Shown: piece by piece, positions 24,699 to 32,611 of the stretch
Layout of the letters: every line of letters starts with the position of its first letter
How positions within the stretch are numbered: position 1 is the stretch's first letter
Source of the DNA: Candidatus Thorarchaeota archaeon
GTDB lineage: Archaea; Asgardarchaeota; Thorarchaeia; Thorarchaeales; Thorarchaeaceae
NCBI GenBank assembly: GCA_048884785.1
Contig: JBHLQM010000032.1
Location: 3,609 to 36,219, forward strand
Length of the DNA: 32,611 nt
Direction of reading: 5' to 3'
The notes under the pieces: model-generated
The model's database searches: none
Told to the model about the DNA's origin: nothing
The model's input: only the letters and a program-made list of their open reading frames with translations
Program-made: the position numbers and the translations under genes

Positions 24699-27600
24699 AT
24701 GAAGAAAATATATACAATCCTTTTAGTCACTCTGTTGCTAATTGGTGTGGCTGCTTCTGCTTCCTTCGTCGCTGCTCAAGCTCCGGGCGATCCATACGTC
24801 GCAGTAGCGTGGCAAGTAGTTGACGAGTTTGACGAGATAAGCCACAGTGAGCAGAGTTCTGAATGGATGTTTGGACCTCAACCCAATATTGTTGTAAAAT
24901 ATGCGTGGAATGGGTCAAACATTGCAGATCATGGCTTCAGAGTGGATGCTGATGAGGAAATCTGGATAGATATAACGATACCTCGAGGATTTGTCGGTGA
25001 CGACATAGGTCTTGACACCGTGAGGTTCTGGGGTAGTGCAGGTCAATTTGGAGTAGCGCGCGCAATCTTCTGGTTGGAATACAACGTCACATCCGATGTT
25101 TGGACAGCTCCCGTAACTCTCCACTATGCAGCTTCTGCCACAGAACCCTCTATGAGCAATTTCTTGGAAGCTAATTTGGACAATTCCTCATATACAGTAA
25201 CAACCTCATACTATAGAGTGATTTTCGCCGTAACATTCACTGAACAGATTGTCACGGACATATTTTGGACAGGAATGCAGGCAATAGATGAGTTTGGACA
25301 TCCGGTTTCTCCATCATGGCTCTCAAGACTTCAATCAGGTACCTTTGTCACTCCACCTATTGTTCTTGGAGCTCGTGCAGATCCAAGATCATTTTCCATG
25401 CCAAAGTACTACTACGGTGATATTGTCGATACAAATGGTGTTATTACTCATTATGCCGGAGTTGATGACACATTCATTGTGAGACTAATGTCTGGACATG
25501 GAATTGGAGATGTCGTGATGCCCATGGCAATACTGACTTGGGCTGATGAGTACAAGGAGCCATTCGAATATACTCAGCCAGTAAATTGGCCGGCATCTAT
25601 GTGGGAAAGACATGCTCCAAATGAAACAATCACATCTGAGATAGGTCCCCTGCTGTATTTTGTGCATAACACGACAGGGTCATACGCCCTTGCTGGTTAT
25701 CCTGAAATCTCCTTTGAGTGGACTGAGATAGATGCAGGTGTAAGTGCATGGATGTTGAATTTCACAATGATCGAAAACAAGACCATTGACGTTAGCAAAT
25801 TCTATGTTCTGGAGCCGGCCTATACAGGGGAATTCGATGGTGACAATGGAGTACGATGGGGAGGTCATTTCACGAACTTCACTGATATGAGCCCTGAGCC
25901 ATTTAGTACCGGTGATGTGATTAATCCTGGAGAGATACTCTACTGGTCTGTCATCGAAACTCCAGAAGGGGAGAAATTAACCCCGCGTCCTGAGATTATT
26001 GTGCATCAGACAATGAAACTCTCATTCAATGCGGATTATGTTGAAGCGTATATCTTCGACACTGATGGCAACATAATGGCTAAGGGTGATCAGGGTGAAG
26101 AGATGAACTTCACACTCATCGTTCACAAGCCGCAAAACACCTTTAACGGTTCCTTCTTGACTTACGATGCTACTAATACCTTCAATATATCAACGCAAGT
26201 CGCAAACATGTCAATACAGCTGTCAGGACATGGTAGCGGCGAGAATGCTACTCACTACTGGCAATATGCGGCATCATACAATATCACTCTTGACTTCGAA
26301 CACAACGAATCTCGTCATTGGTCAGTCTATGTGAAGGCTGTTTACAACAGGACAACTGGAAAACCCGATGGCCCTCTGCAAATCGTCATAAATGAATGGC
26401 TCACTGTAAGTGAGTTTGATTTGGACATCGGTCCAAGTGTGAGCAAGCTGTATGCCAACGCCAGTTTCCATATGGACGCACCTGATATGGTGCTGGATGA
26501 GGCTCACGTATCTGTCGGTCTCATTGAGAACATTCGAGTATGGAGTGGAACAGATTGGGTTATTTGGGTCCTGCCTGATCATCCATATTATCCGTTTCTG
26601 GTCAATCACTACAGGCGAGTTGACATATCAGATGATGTCCTATGGAGCCCTTCATACTTCAGACTTGGTGACGTAGACATCTATGTTCCTCAGGTCTGGG
26701 TTGTAACTGATGATGGTGCTCTCGATCTCGATGGAAACACCTTTACAACTGACGACCAATACTTCGTGAAGAGAACTAGCTATTGGGAAGACTGGGGTAA
26801 TACCTCAATCGAAGGCATGGCTGTTGGTGTTGGTTATGATCCATCCCCCGGAACCGCAGGCGATGAATTCGTTTCAGAATCCTGGATGGGTGTCATAAGC
26901 ACTATTATCGAGTTTGACGCCAATGAAACATTCTACTGGTATCATGCCAGCGATATGACTCCTCTGGATGCCTCTGAGATGGATGACATCCGCGATGCAC
27001 TTTGGGCTGATGAATCAGAAGATCTACCAGCTCCTGAGTATTCCTATATTGCGTGGTTATCTAGGAATTGGACAATAGATATGACACAGATACCTGGTCT
27101 TGAGACCGGAGTCTGGGAGAATACCTGGTTCGCTTGGGGTACACAACAGCATTTCGAAGTCGCTACATCTGAATCTCAGCGTTCTTGGGCAGTCTTCAGA
27201 GCAGAGTATGCCGGAATGCTGATTTTCAATGATGATCCTCTGGGAGCATCTCCTGATGCACCTGACTTCAGTTTCAACGAAGGCATCATTGAAACCGAGG
27301 AGGTTACCCATGTTGTGCTGATTGATAGTGTCGGCTCAATTGAGCTTAGACGCCCATTTGGTGCAACCAACAACTCTGGGCTTGTTGCAGTCGACCCTGA
27401 CACAGAAGTGACATTCGGTGTATCAATCTATGATGTTGGTGTAACACTCTATCCTCTACAGATTGAGAACGGTGACGGAATACGTGGTCCTTGGCACTTC
27501 AGGCAATCCTATGAGGGTGCTATAGGTCTCAATCAGACAAACTTCGACTATGCCCTCTCACAGGCAACTATTGATGAGATGTCATTTGATATCACATTCT

Positions 27601-28292
27601 CAGTTGATCAGGTTGTATATGATGAAGAAGATCCAACTACTTGGAATCACGCTGCTTCATTCAAGATTGACCAGGTCATCGGAGATTGGACCTTAGAGGA
27701 CTTTGATAATAGCATTCTTGAGAATCGAAGTCTTGCCGTGAATTACTTTGCGACTCTTGCTACGGCCACAAGAACTCAGTATCGAGCAGGTTCGAACCCT
27801 GTCACTGATACAAATGGGGATAGTACCGGTGCGAACTACTACGTCTTTGGTTCACCAGATAGCCCATTTGCCAATGTAACGATGGGTGGTCTTCCGTACA
27901 CATGGGGTGGTGACATTCCAGCATTCTCTGTTGAGTACATATCAGGTTCGTCTACTGTACCGGTTGGTGCTTTCAGCGCAATGTACCAATCTAGTTCTGG
28001 CCAATCAGTGACTCAGTGGAATGTTGATGCGTCAATGCTCTTCATGACTGCAGGATATGTGAATTGGGGTGGTTATGCAGTTCATGTCGATCCTGTATTT
28101 GTGTCCTACACAAGTGCTCATCAGACACCAACTGGCCCAACGACACCAACTCAAACTACAACAACTACTCCAACCACCACAACTACGCTACCACCACCTC
28201 CTGGTGATGGTAACCTGGGACAGATGGTCATGGTAGCTGGCATAGTCGTAGTGTTGGTGATTGTTCTAGTCTTGGCAAGACGAAGAAGATAG
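24699..28292 (+). CDS. Large secreted, membrane-anchored glycoprotein; candidate S-layer or major envelope protein
   Basis: MKK plus hydrophobic signal peptide ending VAA-Q; acidic, beta-rich, many N-x-S/T; DLDGN motif; Thr/Pro linker, TM helix and RRRR tail; GGGGG SD-like site upstream. Confidence 0.85.
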   Translation: MKKIYTILLVTLLLIGVAASASFVAAQAPGDPYVAVAWQVVDEFDEISHSEQSSEWMFGPQPNIVVKYAWNGSNIADHGFRVDADEEIWIDITIPRGFVGDDIGLDTVRFWGSAGQFGVARAIFWLEYNVTSDVWTAPVTLHYAASATEPSMSNFLEANLDNSSYTVTTSYYRVIFAVTFTEQIVTDIFWTGMQAIDEFGHPVSPSWLSRLQSGTFVTPPIVLGARADPRSFSMPKYYYGDIVDTNGVITHYAGVDDTFIVRLMSGHGIGDVVMPMAILTWADEYKEPFEYTQPVNWPASMWERHAPNETITSEIGPLLYFVHNTTGSYALAGYPEISFEWTEIDAGVSAWMLNFTMIENKTIDVSKFYVLEPAYTGEFDGDNGVRWGGHFTNFTDMSPEPFSTGDVINPGEILYWSVIETPEGEKLTPRPEIIVHQTMKLSFNADYVEAYIFDTDGNIMAKGDQGEEMNFTLIVHKPQNTFNGSFLTYDATNTFNISTQVANMSIQLSGHGSGENATHYWQYAASYNITLDFEHNESRHWSVYVKAVYNRTTGKPDGPLQIVINEWLTVSEFDLDIGPSVSKLYANASFHMDAPDMVLDEAHVSVGLIENIRVWSGTDWVIWVLPDHPYYPFLVNHYRRVDISDDVLWSPSYFRLGDVDIYVPQVWVVTDDGALDLDGNTFTTDDQYFVKRTSYWEDWGNTSIEGMAVGVGYDPSPGTAGDEFVSESWMGVISTIIEFDANETFYWYHASDMTPLDASEMDDIRDALWADESEDLPAPEYSYIAWLSRNWTIDMTQIPGLETGVWENTWFAWGTQQHFEVATSESQRSWAVFRAEYAGMLIFNDDPLGASPDAPDFSFNEGIIETEEVTHVVLIDSVGSIELRRPFGATNNSGLVAVDPDTEVTFGVSIYDVGVTLYPLQIENGDGIRGPWHFRQSYEGAIGLNQTNFDYALSQATIDEMSFDITFSVDQVVYDEEDPTTWNHAASFKIDQVIGDWTLEDFDNSILENRSLAVNYFATLATATRTQYRAGSNPVTDTNGDSTGANYYVFGSPDSPFANVTMGGLPYTWGGDIPAFSVEYISGSSTVPVGAFSAMYQSSSGQSVTQWNVDASMLFMTAGYVNWGGYAVHVDPVFVSYTSAHQTPTGPTTPTQTTTTTPTTTTTLPPPPGDGNLGQMVMVAGIVVVLVIVLVLARRRR
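28127..28203 (+). repeat. Low-complexity Thr/Pro-coding tract (ACN/CCN repeats)
   Basis: Encodes approximately PTGPTTPTQTTTTTPTTTTTLPPPP, a typical O-glycosylated spacer. Confidence 0.8.
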
Positions 28293-28302
28293 TGGAACTA
28301 AT

Positions 28303-28337
28303 GGGAGGGAATTCCCTCCCCCTTCTCTTTTTTGGTT
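28303..28337 (+). terminator. GC-rich palindrome plus T-tract terminator
   Basis: GGGAGGGAATTCCCTCCC (perfect 18-bp palindrome), then CCTTCTCTTTTTTGGTT, starting 11 nt after the stop codon. Confidence 0.75.
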
Positions 28338-28949
28338 TCAAAATAATCCAAGAGGTAGTGAGCTTGCTACATCTGTGGGTTGGGAAAGGAAGCTATTCTC
28401 AGGTGGCATGATTAAAGCCCACCCATTCTTTGAATACTCATACGTAGCGCAAGATGCAAAGCCCGAATATAGCCAATCTTCAACCTGCGTTTCTCCGCCA
28501 ACAACAATTCTATAGAAGAGGGCGAAAACAAGAGGTTCTGCAATAATTGCAACAGAGTTTTCTGGATGTGCTCGTGCGATACTATGAACACAAGTCGCAA
28601 ACCTCTGTTGAGCATCAAATATGCTTTCTCCTGAGGGTGGAGCATAGGTCTGGTCTTTCCATATTCTTGGAAGGACATCTCTCAGATAATCTTCGTCTGG
28701 GTCCTTCTGACCAAGGTTTAACTCAGCAAGACATCCCTTCTCCTCTGTTTTTGACATTAACTCCTTGGCTAGTATGTCTGCTGTTTCCTTGCATGCCTTC
28801 GATGATGAAGTATAGATTCTGGCCGGCGCTGCAACAATCCTTGAGCGTGAAAGCTCTTTGATCTGTTCCTTTCCCTGCTCTGTGAGCCGCCGAGGCTTTT
28901 CCTTCTCGCTATCGCCATGGAGGATCACATAGACTATTGTTCGAGACAT
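28338..28949 (-). CDS. Histidine phosphatase (phosphoglycerate mutase-like) fold protein, catalytic motif degenerate
   Basis: VYVILHGDS, LTEQGKEQ, IYTSS, ETA, LAE, GES motifs; GGAGGAG SD before ATG 28949. Confidence 0.85.
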   Translation of the reverse strand: MSRTIVYVILHGDSEKEKPRRLTEQGKEQIKELSRSRIVAAPARIYTSSSKACKETADILAKELMSKTEEKGCLAELNLGQKDPDEDYLRDVLPRIWKDQTYAPPSGESIFDAQQRFATCVHSIARAHPENSVAIIAEPLVFALFYRIVVGGETQVEDWLYSGFASCATYEYSKNGWALIMPPENSFLSQPTDVASSLPLGLF

Positions 28950-29283
28950 ATCTCCTCCATAATCTCGCTCCTGTATCATTTCAAACACTTAGGAACCTCC
29001 ATTGAGCTTTTTCATTCATCATTCTCTATGACATTCCTATTGTTATTGTTTACTCATTCGTCTTAGTACTTCCAATGACCCGTGCCCTCCGTATAAACCG
29101 TCAAGGCTGAATTCTCCAAAGGACTGAACCAGTATTGACTTGTTACCTTCAGCATCGATGAACGGAACAGGAATAATGGATTCCGGCCTTCCTGTGTTTC
29201 CTCAAAAAACGAGCTCTTGAATCTGTTGTTTTCAGGAATACCTTTTAAGCCGTACCATCCTAGTTTCGAACGAGGCTTTAATC

Positions 29284-29985
29284 GTGAGATTAACACCTGA
29301 TAAAATGGACCGGTTCAAAGATAAGACCTGCTTCATTTGCGGCAGGCTGTTACTGGATTACACTCCAGCTGACTTTGCGTATGTACCAAATGTTGCTGGG
29401 AAATCAATCAAGGCAAAACCAGAGAAATACCATCTATATCCATGCCCGGAATGCAATGAGGTGGCTCACAAAAGATGTTGGCACAAACATGGGGAGACTC
29501 AATACAAGAAAGGATTCTTTTCGAAATCGGAGTTCCAGCTCAAATGCCCTAGCTGTGGTCGTGAGCTTTCTCAAAAGAGAGAGAATGTAACCAAATGGGA
29601 GCGAGGGTATGAAATTCCAGGACACCCAGACAAAGAGTTGTTCGAGATATATCTAACTGATTTGAGGGACTGGAAACGCGGACGAGCGGTAGGATCTTTC
29701 CTTAGAATGGTTGGCAGTGCCATTGACTCCTTTTTCAAGGCTGTAGGTCTTGGTTCTCTGACAAATACCGAAACAAGTGCAATCGCGAAGGCTGCTGCGA
29801 AGATTGGTAAAGGCATAAACGACGTAGCTGAAAAGGTCTTCAGACTTGACATTACACCAGAAGAGCGAAAGGAGCTTCGGGATCTAAAGTGTCAAAACTG
29901 TGGTGCACCATTGCCAATCCCTGAATTCTATGAGGAAGCCGTTGTCTGTCAACACTGCAATACAGCTCACCTACTACCTATATAG
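29284..29985 (+). CDS. Zinc-finger protein: N-terminal C4HC3 RING/PHD-like domain plus C-terminal C4 zinc ribbon
   Basis: CFIC...CPEC-x4-H-x2-C...CPSC, and CQNCGAPL...CQHC; start GTG 29284 or ATG 29305. Confidence 0.8.
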   Translation: MRLTPDKMDRFKDKTCFICGRLLLDYTPADFAYVPNVAGKSIKAKPEKYHLYPCPECNEVAHKRCWHKHGETQYKKGFFSKSEFQLKCPSCGRELSQKRENVTKWERGYEIPGHPDKELFEIYLTDLRDWKRGRAVGSFLRMVGSAIDSFFKAVGLGSLTNTETSAIAKAAAKIGKGINDVAEKVFRLDITPEERKELRDLKCQNCGAPLPIPEFYEEAVVCQHCNTAHLLPI

Positions 29986-30071
29986 TAGGGTTTGAATGAA
30001 ATCTAGGACGCGCGAGATTTTATTATAAGTTCCTCAGCAAAGAATTCTCTAACTCAATGGGAGTTGTTGCA

Positions 30072-30374
30072 ATGCCAGTGTATCTCGAGTTTAATGCTTC
30101 GACCTCTCAGTTCAATGAAACAACAAGAAACTCATCGGAAGATGCAGTTTTACTAGCAATTGATGAGAGTCAAAAGAAGCTGCTGATGACAGTCCCTCCT
30201 GGGGTTTCAATGATCACCAAAAGAGCTGCAGAGCGTCAGGCTCGTGGTATTACCAAAACCGGATTTCTGCTTCGTTCAGGCGGTAGAGCTGGTAGAGGTC
30301 TTGAGCTCGAAGTTCTGGGTGAGGGTGGTCAATTACCAGAAAGACTCCATCGCAGCCCAAGAGAAGTCTACTAA
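30072..30374 (+). CDS. Small conserved-looking protein, possibly single-domain gelsolin/ADF-like fold
   Basis: 100-aa ORF with an AT-rich TTTTATTATAAG box upstream and a terminator downstream; fold call from the pattern VLLAIDE..KKLLM...GVS...KRAA...A..I only. Confidence 0.7.
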   Translation: MPVYLEFNASTSQFNETTRNSSEDAVLLAIDESQKKLLMTVPPGVSMITKRAAERQARGITKTGFLLRSGGRAGRGLELEVLGEGGQLPERLHRSPREVY

Positions 30375-30386
30375 CCAAAAAGCGGC

Positions 30387-30418
30387 GAGCCCTCAGAGGG
30401 CTCCTTTCGTATTTTTCA
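30387..30418 (+). terminator. Stem-loop plus T-rich tract
   Basis: GAGCCCT-CAG-AGGGCTC followed by CTTTCGTATTTTTC. Confidence 0.7.
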
Positions 30419-30502
30419 TTAAAACCAGAGTCTATTGGATTATAAACATTCATCAGGTAAGCTTATAAGTGCTTATTAATTATTGTTAATTCGGTGAATC
30501 AA

Positions 30503-31180
30503 ATGCCCTACCAATGCTGTGGACTGAGATTCAGTCAGTTGATGAAGAAAAAGGTTGTTGACACTTCAGGAGAAGAAATAGGAAATGTTAACGACTTTGT
30601 AATTTCAAAATCGAAAAACAAGATTGCCCTGAAATCTATTGTACTAGGGGGAGGACGAATAGAGGAGTTCCTGGAATCAATCGGAGTGAAACCCAACCGA
30701 GACCCAGTGTTTCAGCTAGACTGCATCTCTCAGATTCAAGAGGACGGTGTATATCTCACAACAAAAGGCGCATCTCTGAAAAACACACTTGATGAGGGAT
30801 CAATTGGAAAAAATGACATGCGGCTCACTAAGTTTTCGAAGCTCCCAATTGTTGATACTGACGGAATGAAGATTGGCAACATCATTGATGTTTGGTTTGA
30901 TATTAATGGAGAGCCATGGCTTGTTGCAGGTGGAGGAACCATTGAAGAAACCCTTGAGAGGATTGGAGTTCAGCCTGATATTGATCTTCTCATTCCAATG
31001 GATTACATTTCTGATATGGGCAGCAAATCTATCAAACTCAAATACACAAAATTCCAGCTTGAATCAACATGCGAAGATGAGTATGAGAAATACAAGAGGG
31101 AAGTATCATCCAGGCATCAACCAGGAGATTCCAGGTATGCAGCTCTAAAATTCAATCCAAAGCCGCAGGGGCTTTTGTGA
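30503..31180 (+). CDS. Tandem PRC-barrel domain protein
   Basis: Two repeats: SQLMKKKVVDTSGEEIGNVNDFVI and TKFSKLPIVDTDGMKIGNIIDVWF; GGTGA SD before ATG 30503. Confidence 0.88.
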   Translation: MPYQCCGLRFSQLMKKKVVDTSGEEIGNVNDFVISKSKNKIALKSIVLGGGRIEEFLESIGVKPNRDPVFQLDCISQIQEDGVYLTTKGASLKNTLDEGSIGKNDMRLTKFSKLPIVDTDGMKIGNIIDVWFDINGEPWLVAGGGTIEETLERIGVQPDIDLLIPMDYISDMGSKSIKLKYTKFQLESTCEDEYEKYKREVSSRHQPGDSRYAALKFNPKPQGLL

Positions 31181-31327
31181 AAACGGACTTCGCATTGATA
31201 TTGCATCCAAGATTTGCGCATTCGCCCAATACCTACATAGTAATTGAGGATGACTATTTTCGGAAAGGTGCTTCTTAGTTATTAGTGCTTATTATTGACT
31301 ATCTGGCAGATTATTCTACGCAACACA

Positions 31328-31840
31328 ATGAACGCGAGAAGAACCCTTTTGGTATTGGTGATTTCCTTTGTCATCATTTCTGTATTTAATACAGCAGCAG
31401 CTTACTCCAATAATGGTGTGTCACTCTATGTATCTGACCTACCGAACGAGGTTGAGATCAATCAGGAGTTCACATTCAATGTTAGAATAGAGAATGGCGA
31501 GGGCTATAGTTACTTCAAGATTGATGCAACTGACGGAAGTACTTACTCGCACATGTTCTCTCCGGAGATTGCGAACTACACCAAGACCTTCACAATATCA
31601 CTGAAGACTGCTGGCCAACACGACCTTTACGTAGAAGCAGGTTCGGATGTGGGAGTTGTTTCAGCAATAGTGGTGAGATTTGAGATTACAGCCATGCAAT
31701 CAATAAGCCAGAATCTTGTCCCAATAGTAATAGGACTTGGACTGCTTTCACTTGTAGCCATTTCTGCATTCATCATTCAAGCACATTTCAAGAAGAACAG
31801 AATCACTTCTGACACTGGCGAGGTATTCCTTGCCTGTTGA
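31328..31840 (+). CDS. Small secreted protein with one Ig-like domain and C-terminal TM anchor
   Basis: Signal peptide MNARR...AAA; PNEVEINQEFTFNVRIEN beta-sandwich pattern; TM plus KKNR. Confidence 0.75.
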   Translation: MNARRTLLVLVISFVIISVFNTAAAYSNNGVSLYVSDLPNEVEINQEFTFNVRIENGEGYSYFKIDATDGSTYSHMFSPEIANYTKTFTISLKTAGQHDLYVEAGSDVGVVSAIVVRFEITAMQSISQNLVPIVIGLGLLSLVAISAFIIQAHFKKNRITSDTGEVFLAC

Positions 31841-31929
31841 TGAATGTAAAGAGCTAGGCTGCATTGTGAAATTATGTGCGATTGCAAAGATGAAGGATAT
31901 ATTGATGATAATCCTTGTGGCAGGGGTTT

Positions 31930-32610
31930 CTAGAATGATTCCATAAGGTAGGGAGTCGCATTTGGAAACCAATTGCTAATCAGCGTTGAACTGTCACCAT
32001 AGATCCATCCCATTCGTCTGAGCTGGTTTTGATTCAGTGTGCCATAAAGAATGGATGTAAGCCCCTGAATGCTCATTCTAAGTGTAGATGGATTGCTTGT
32101 ATGCTCAACACATAGCGTCCCATGATGCTCTCTCATGTTAAATATGCCATTATTCCACTTTAGTTGATCATCGACAATCTCTATATTGATTTCTCCACTT
32201 GTCGATACTGGAATACCTGAAAGCGCGCCTTCAACATCAACTATTCTGGCCATGTGCATGATGGTTGTTGAATACGTCGGAGTGTGAATTCCATCCAACC
32301 ATTGATAGTAGTCATCGTCTCTCGGTGAGAGAATGATTCTTACATTCTTAATTTGGTCGGCATGTCCATAGATGAAGCTAAGGAGAGCATCTCTTCCTTC
32401 CAATGTTGACCAATGCATCTCACCAATTATCAACTCACCTGTTTCCACCCACTCATGGCCCTCCCCATAGCCCTTGGTTGAATAGACTATGATTGCCTCC
32501 GGCTGCCCTTGCGGATTATAGGCTATCGCTATCTTTCTCCTGAAGGTCTTTGTGTACTCTCCCCACCTCACACTCCTTCGTCCTGTTGCACCGTGCAGAA
32601 GCTTGACGGT
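31930..32610 (-). CDS. eis: Eis-like GNAT acetyltransferase with C-terminal SCP2-like domain (5' end outside the window)
   Basis: Frame open to the window edge; ALLSFIYGHADQ, MARIVDVEGAL, IVDDQLKWNNG, IQGLTSILYG and terminal E-x-F, all characteristic of the Eis family. Confidence 0.88.
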   Translation of the reverse strand, partial: TVKLLHGATGRRSVRWGEYTKTFRRKIAIAYNPQGQPEAIIVYSTKGYGEGHEWVETGELIIGEMHWSTLEGRDALLSFIYGHADQIKNVRIILSPRDDDYYQWLDGIHTPTYSTTIMHMARIVDVEGALSGIPVSTSGEINIEIVDDQLKWNNGIFNMREHHGTLCVEHTSNPSTLRMSIQGLTSILYGTLNQNQLRRMGWIYGDSSTLISNWFPNATPYLMESF

Positions 32611-32611
32611 G

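Noticed and set aside
28127-28203. ACA/ACT/CCA short tandem repeats as a possible array
   Set aside because: Fully explained by the Thr/Pro protein linker; no repeat-spacer structure
29063-29296. 77-aa minus-strand ORF and weak hairpins (ACAGGAA/TTCCTGT) in the 28950-29283 gap
   Set aside because: No recognisable motif, overlaps the probable promoter of the Zn-finger gene, and the stems are short enough to be chance
1-32611. Mobile elements, prophage, CRISPR, rRNA
   Set aside because: No transposase, integrase, terminase or cas genes, no repeat-spacer arrays and no long non-coding GC-rich stretch observed

Overview
Gene-dense archaeal chromosomal window of roughly 40% GC. The gene content (longin/roadblock proteins, Mtd, FrhB-family protein, tungsten AOR, TackOD1-like Zn-ribbon protein, Ig-repeat surface glycoproteins) points to an Asgard archaeon, most likely Thorarchaeia; this is inferred, not searched. 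No rRNA, tRNA, CRISPR array or mobile element is supported. The best candidate for an undescribed system is a minus-strand operon (11869->8864). It encodes two paralogous longin + tandem winged-helix proteins, one with an inserted roadblock-like domain and both reminiscent of GATOR1 NPRL2/NPRL3. The downstream paralog overlaps a MinD/ParA ATPase that has an RGGTGKS Walker A and no membrane-targeting helix. The operon is divergent from an MFS-like membrane protein fused to a helix-hairpin-helix domain. Other highlights are a uDENN/longin-like-TackOD1 fusion upstream of mtd, a glycogen-debranching homolog and a histidine phosphatase with eroded active sites, a C4HC3 RING/PHD-like protein next to a possible single-domain gelsolin-like protein, a candidate S-layer gene with a long-range paired leader, and several operator-like inverted repeats. 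All family assignments come from motif recognition by eye.
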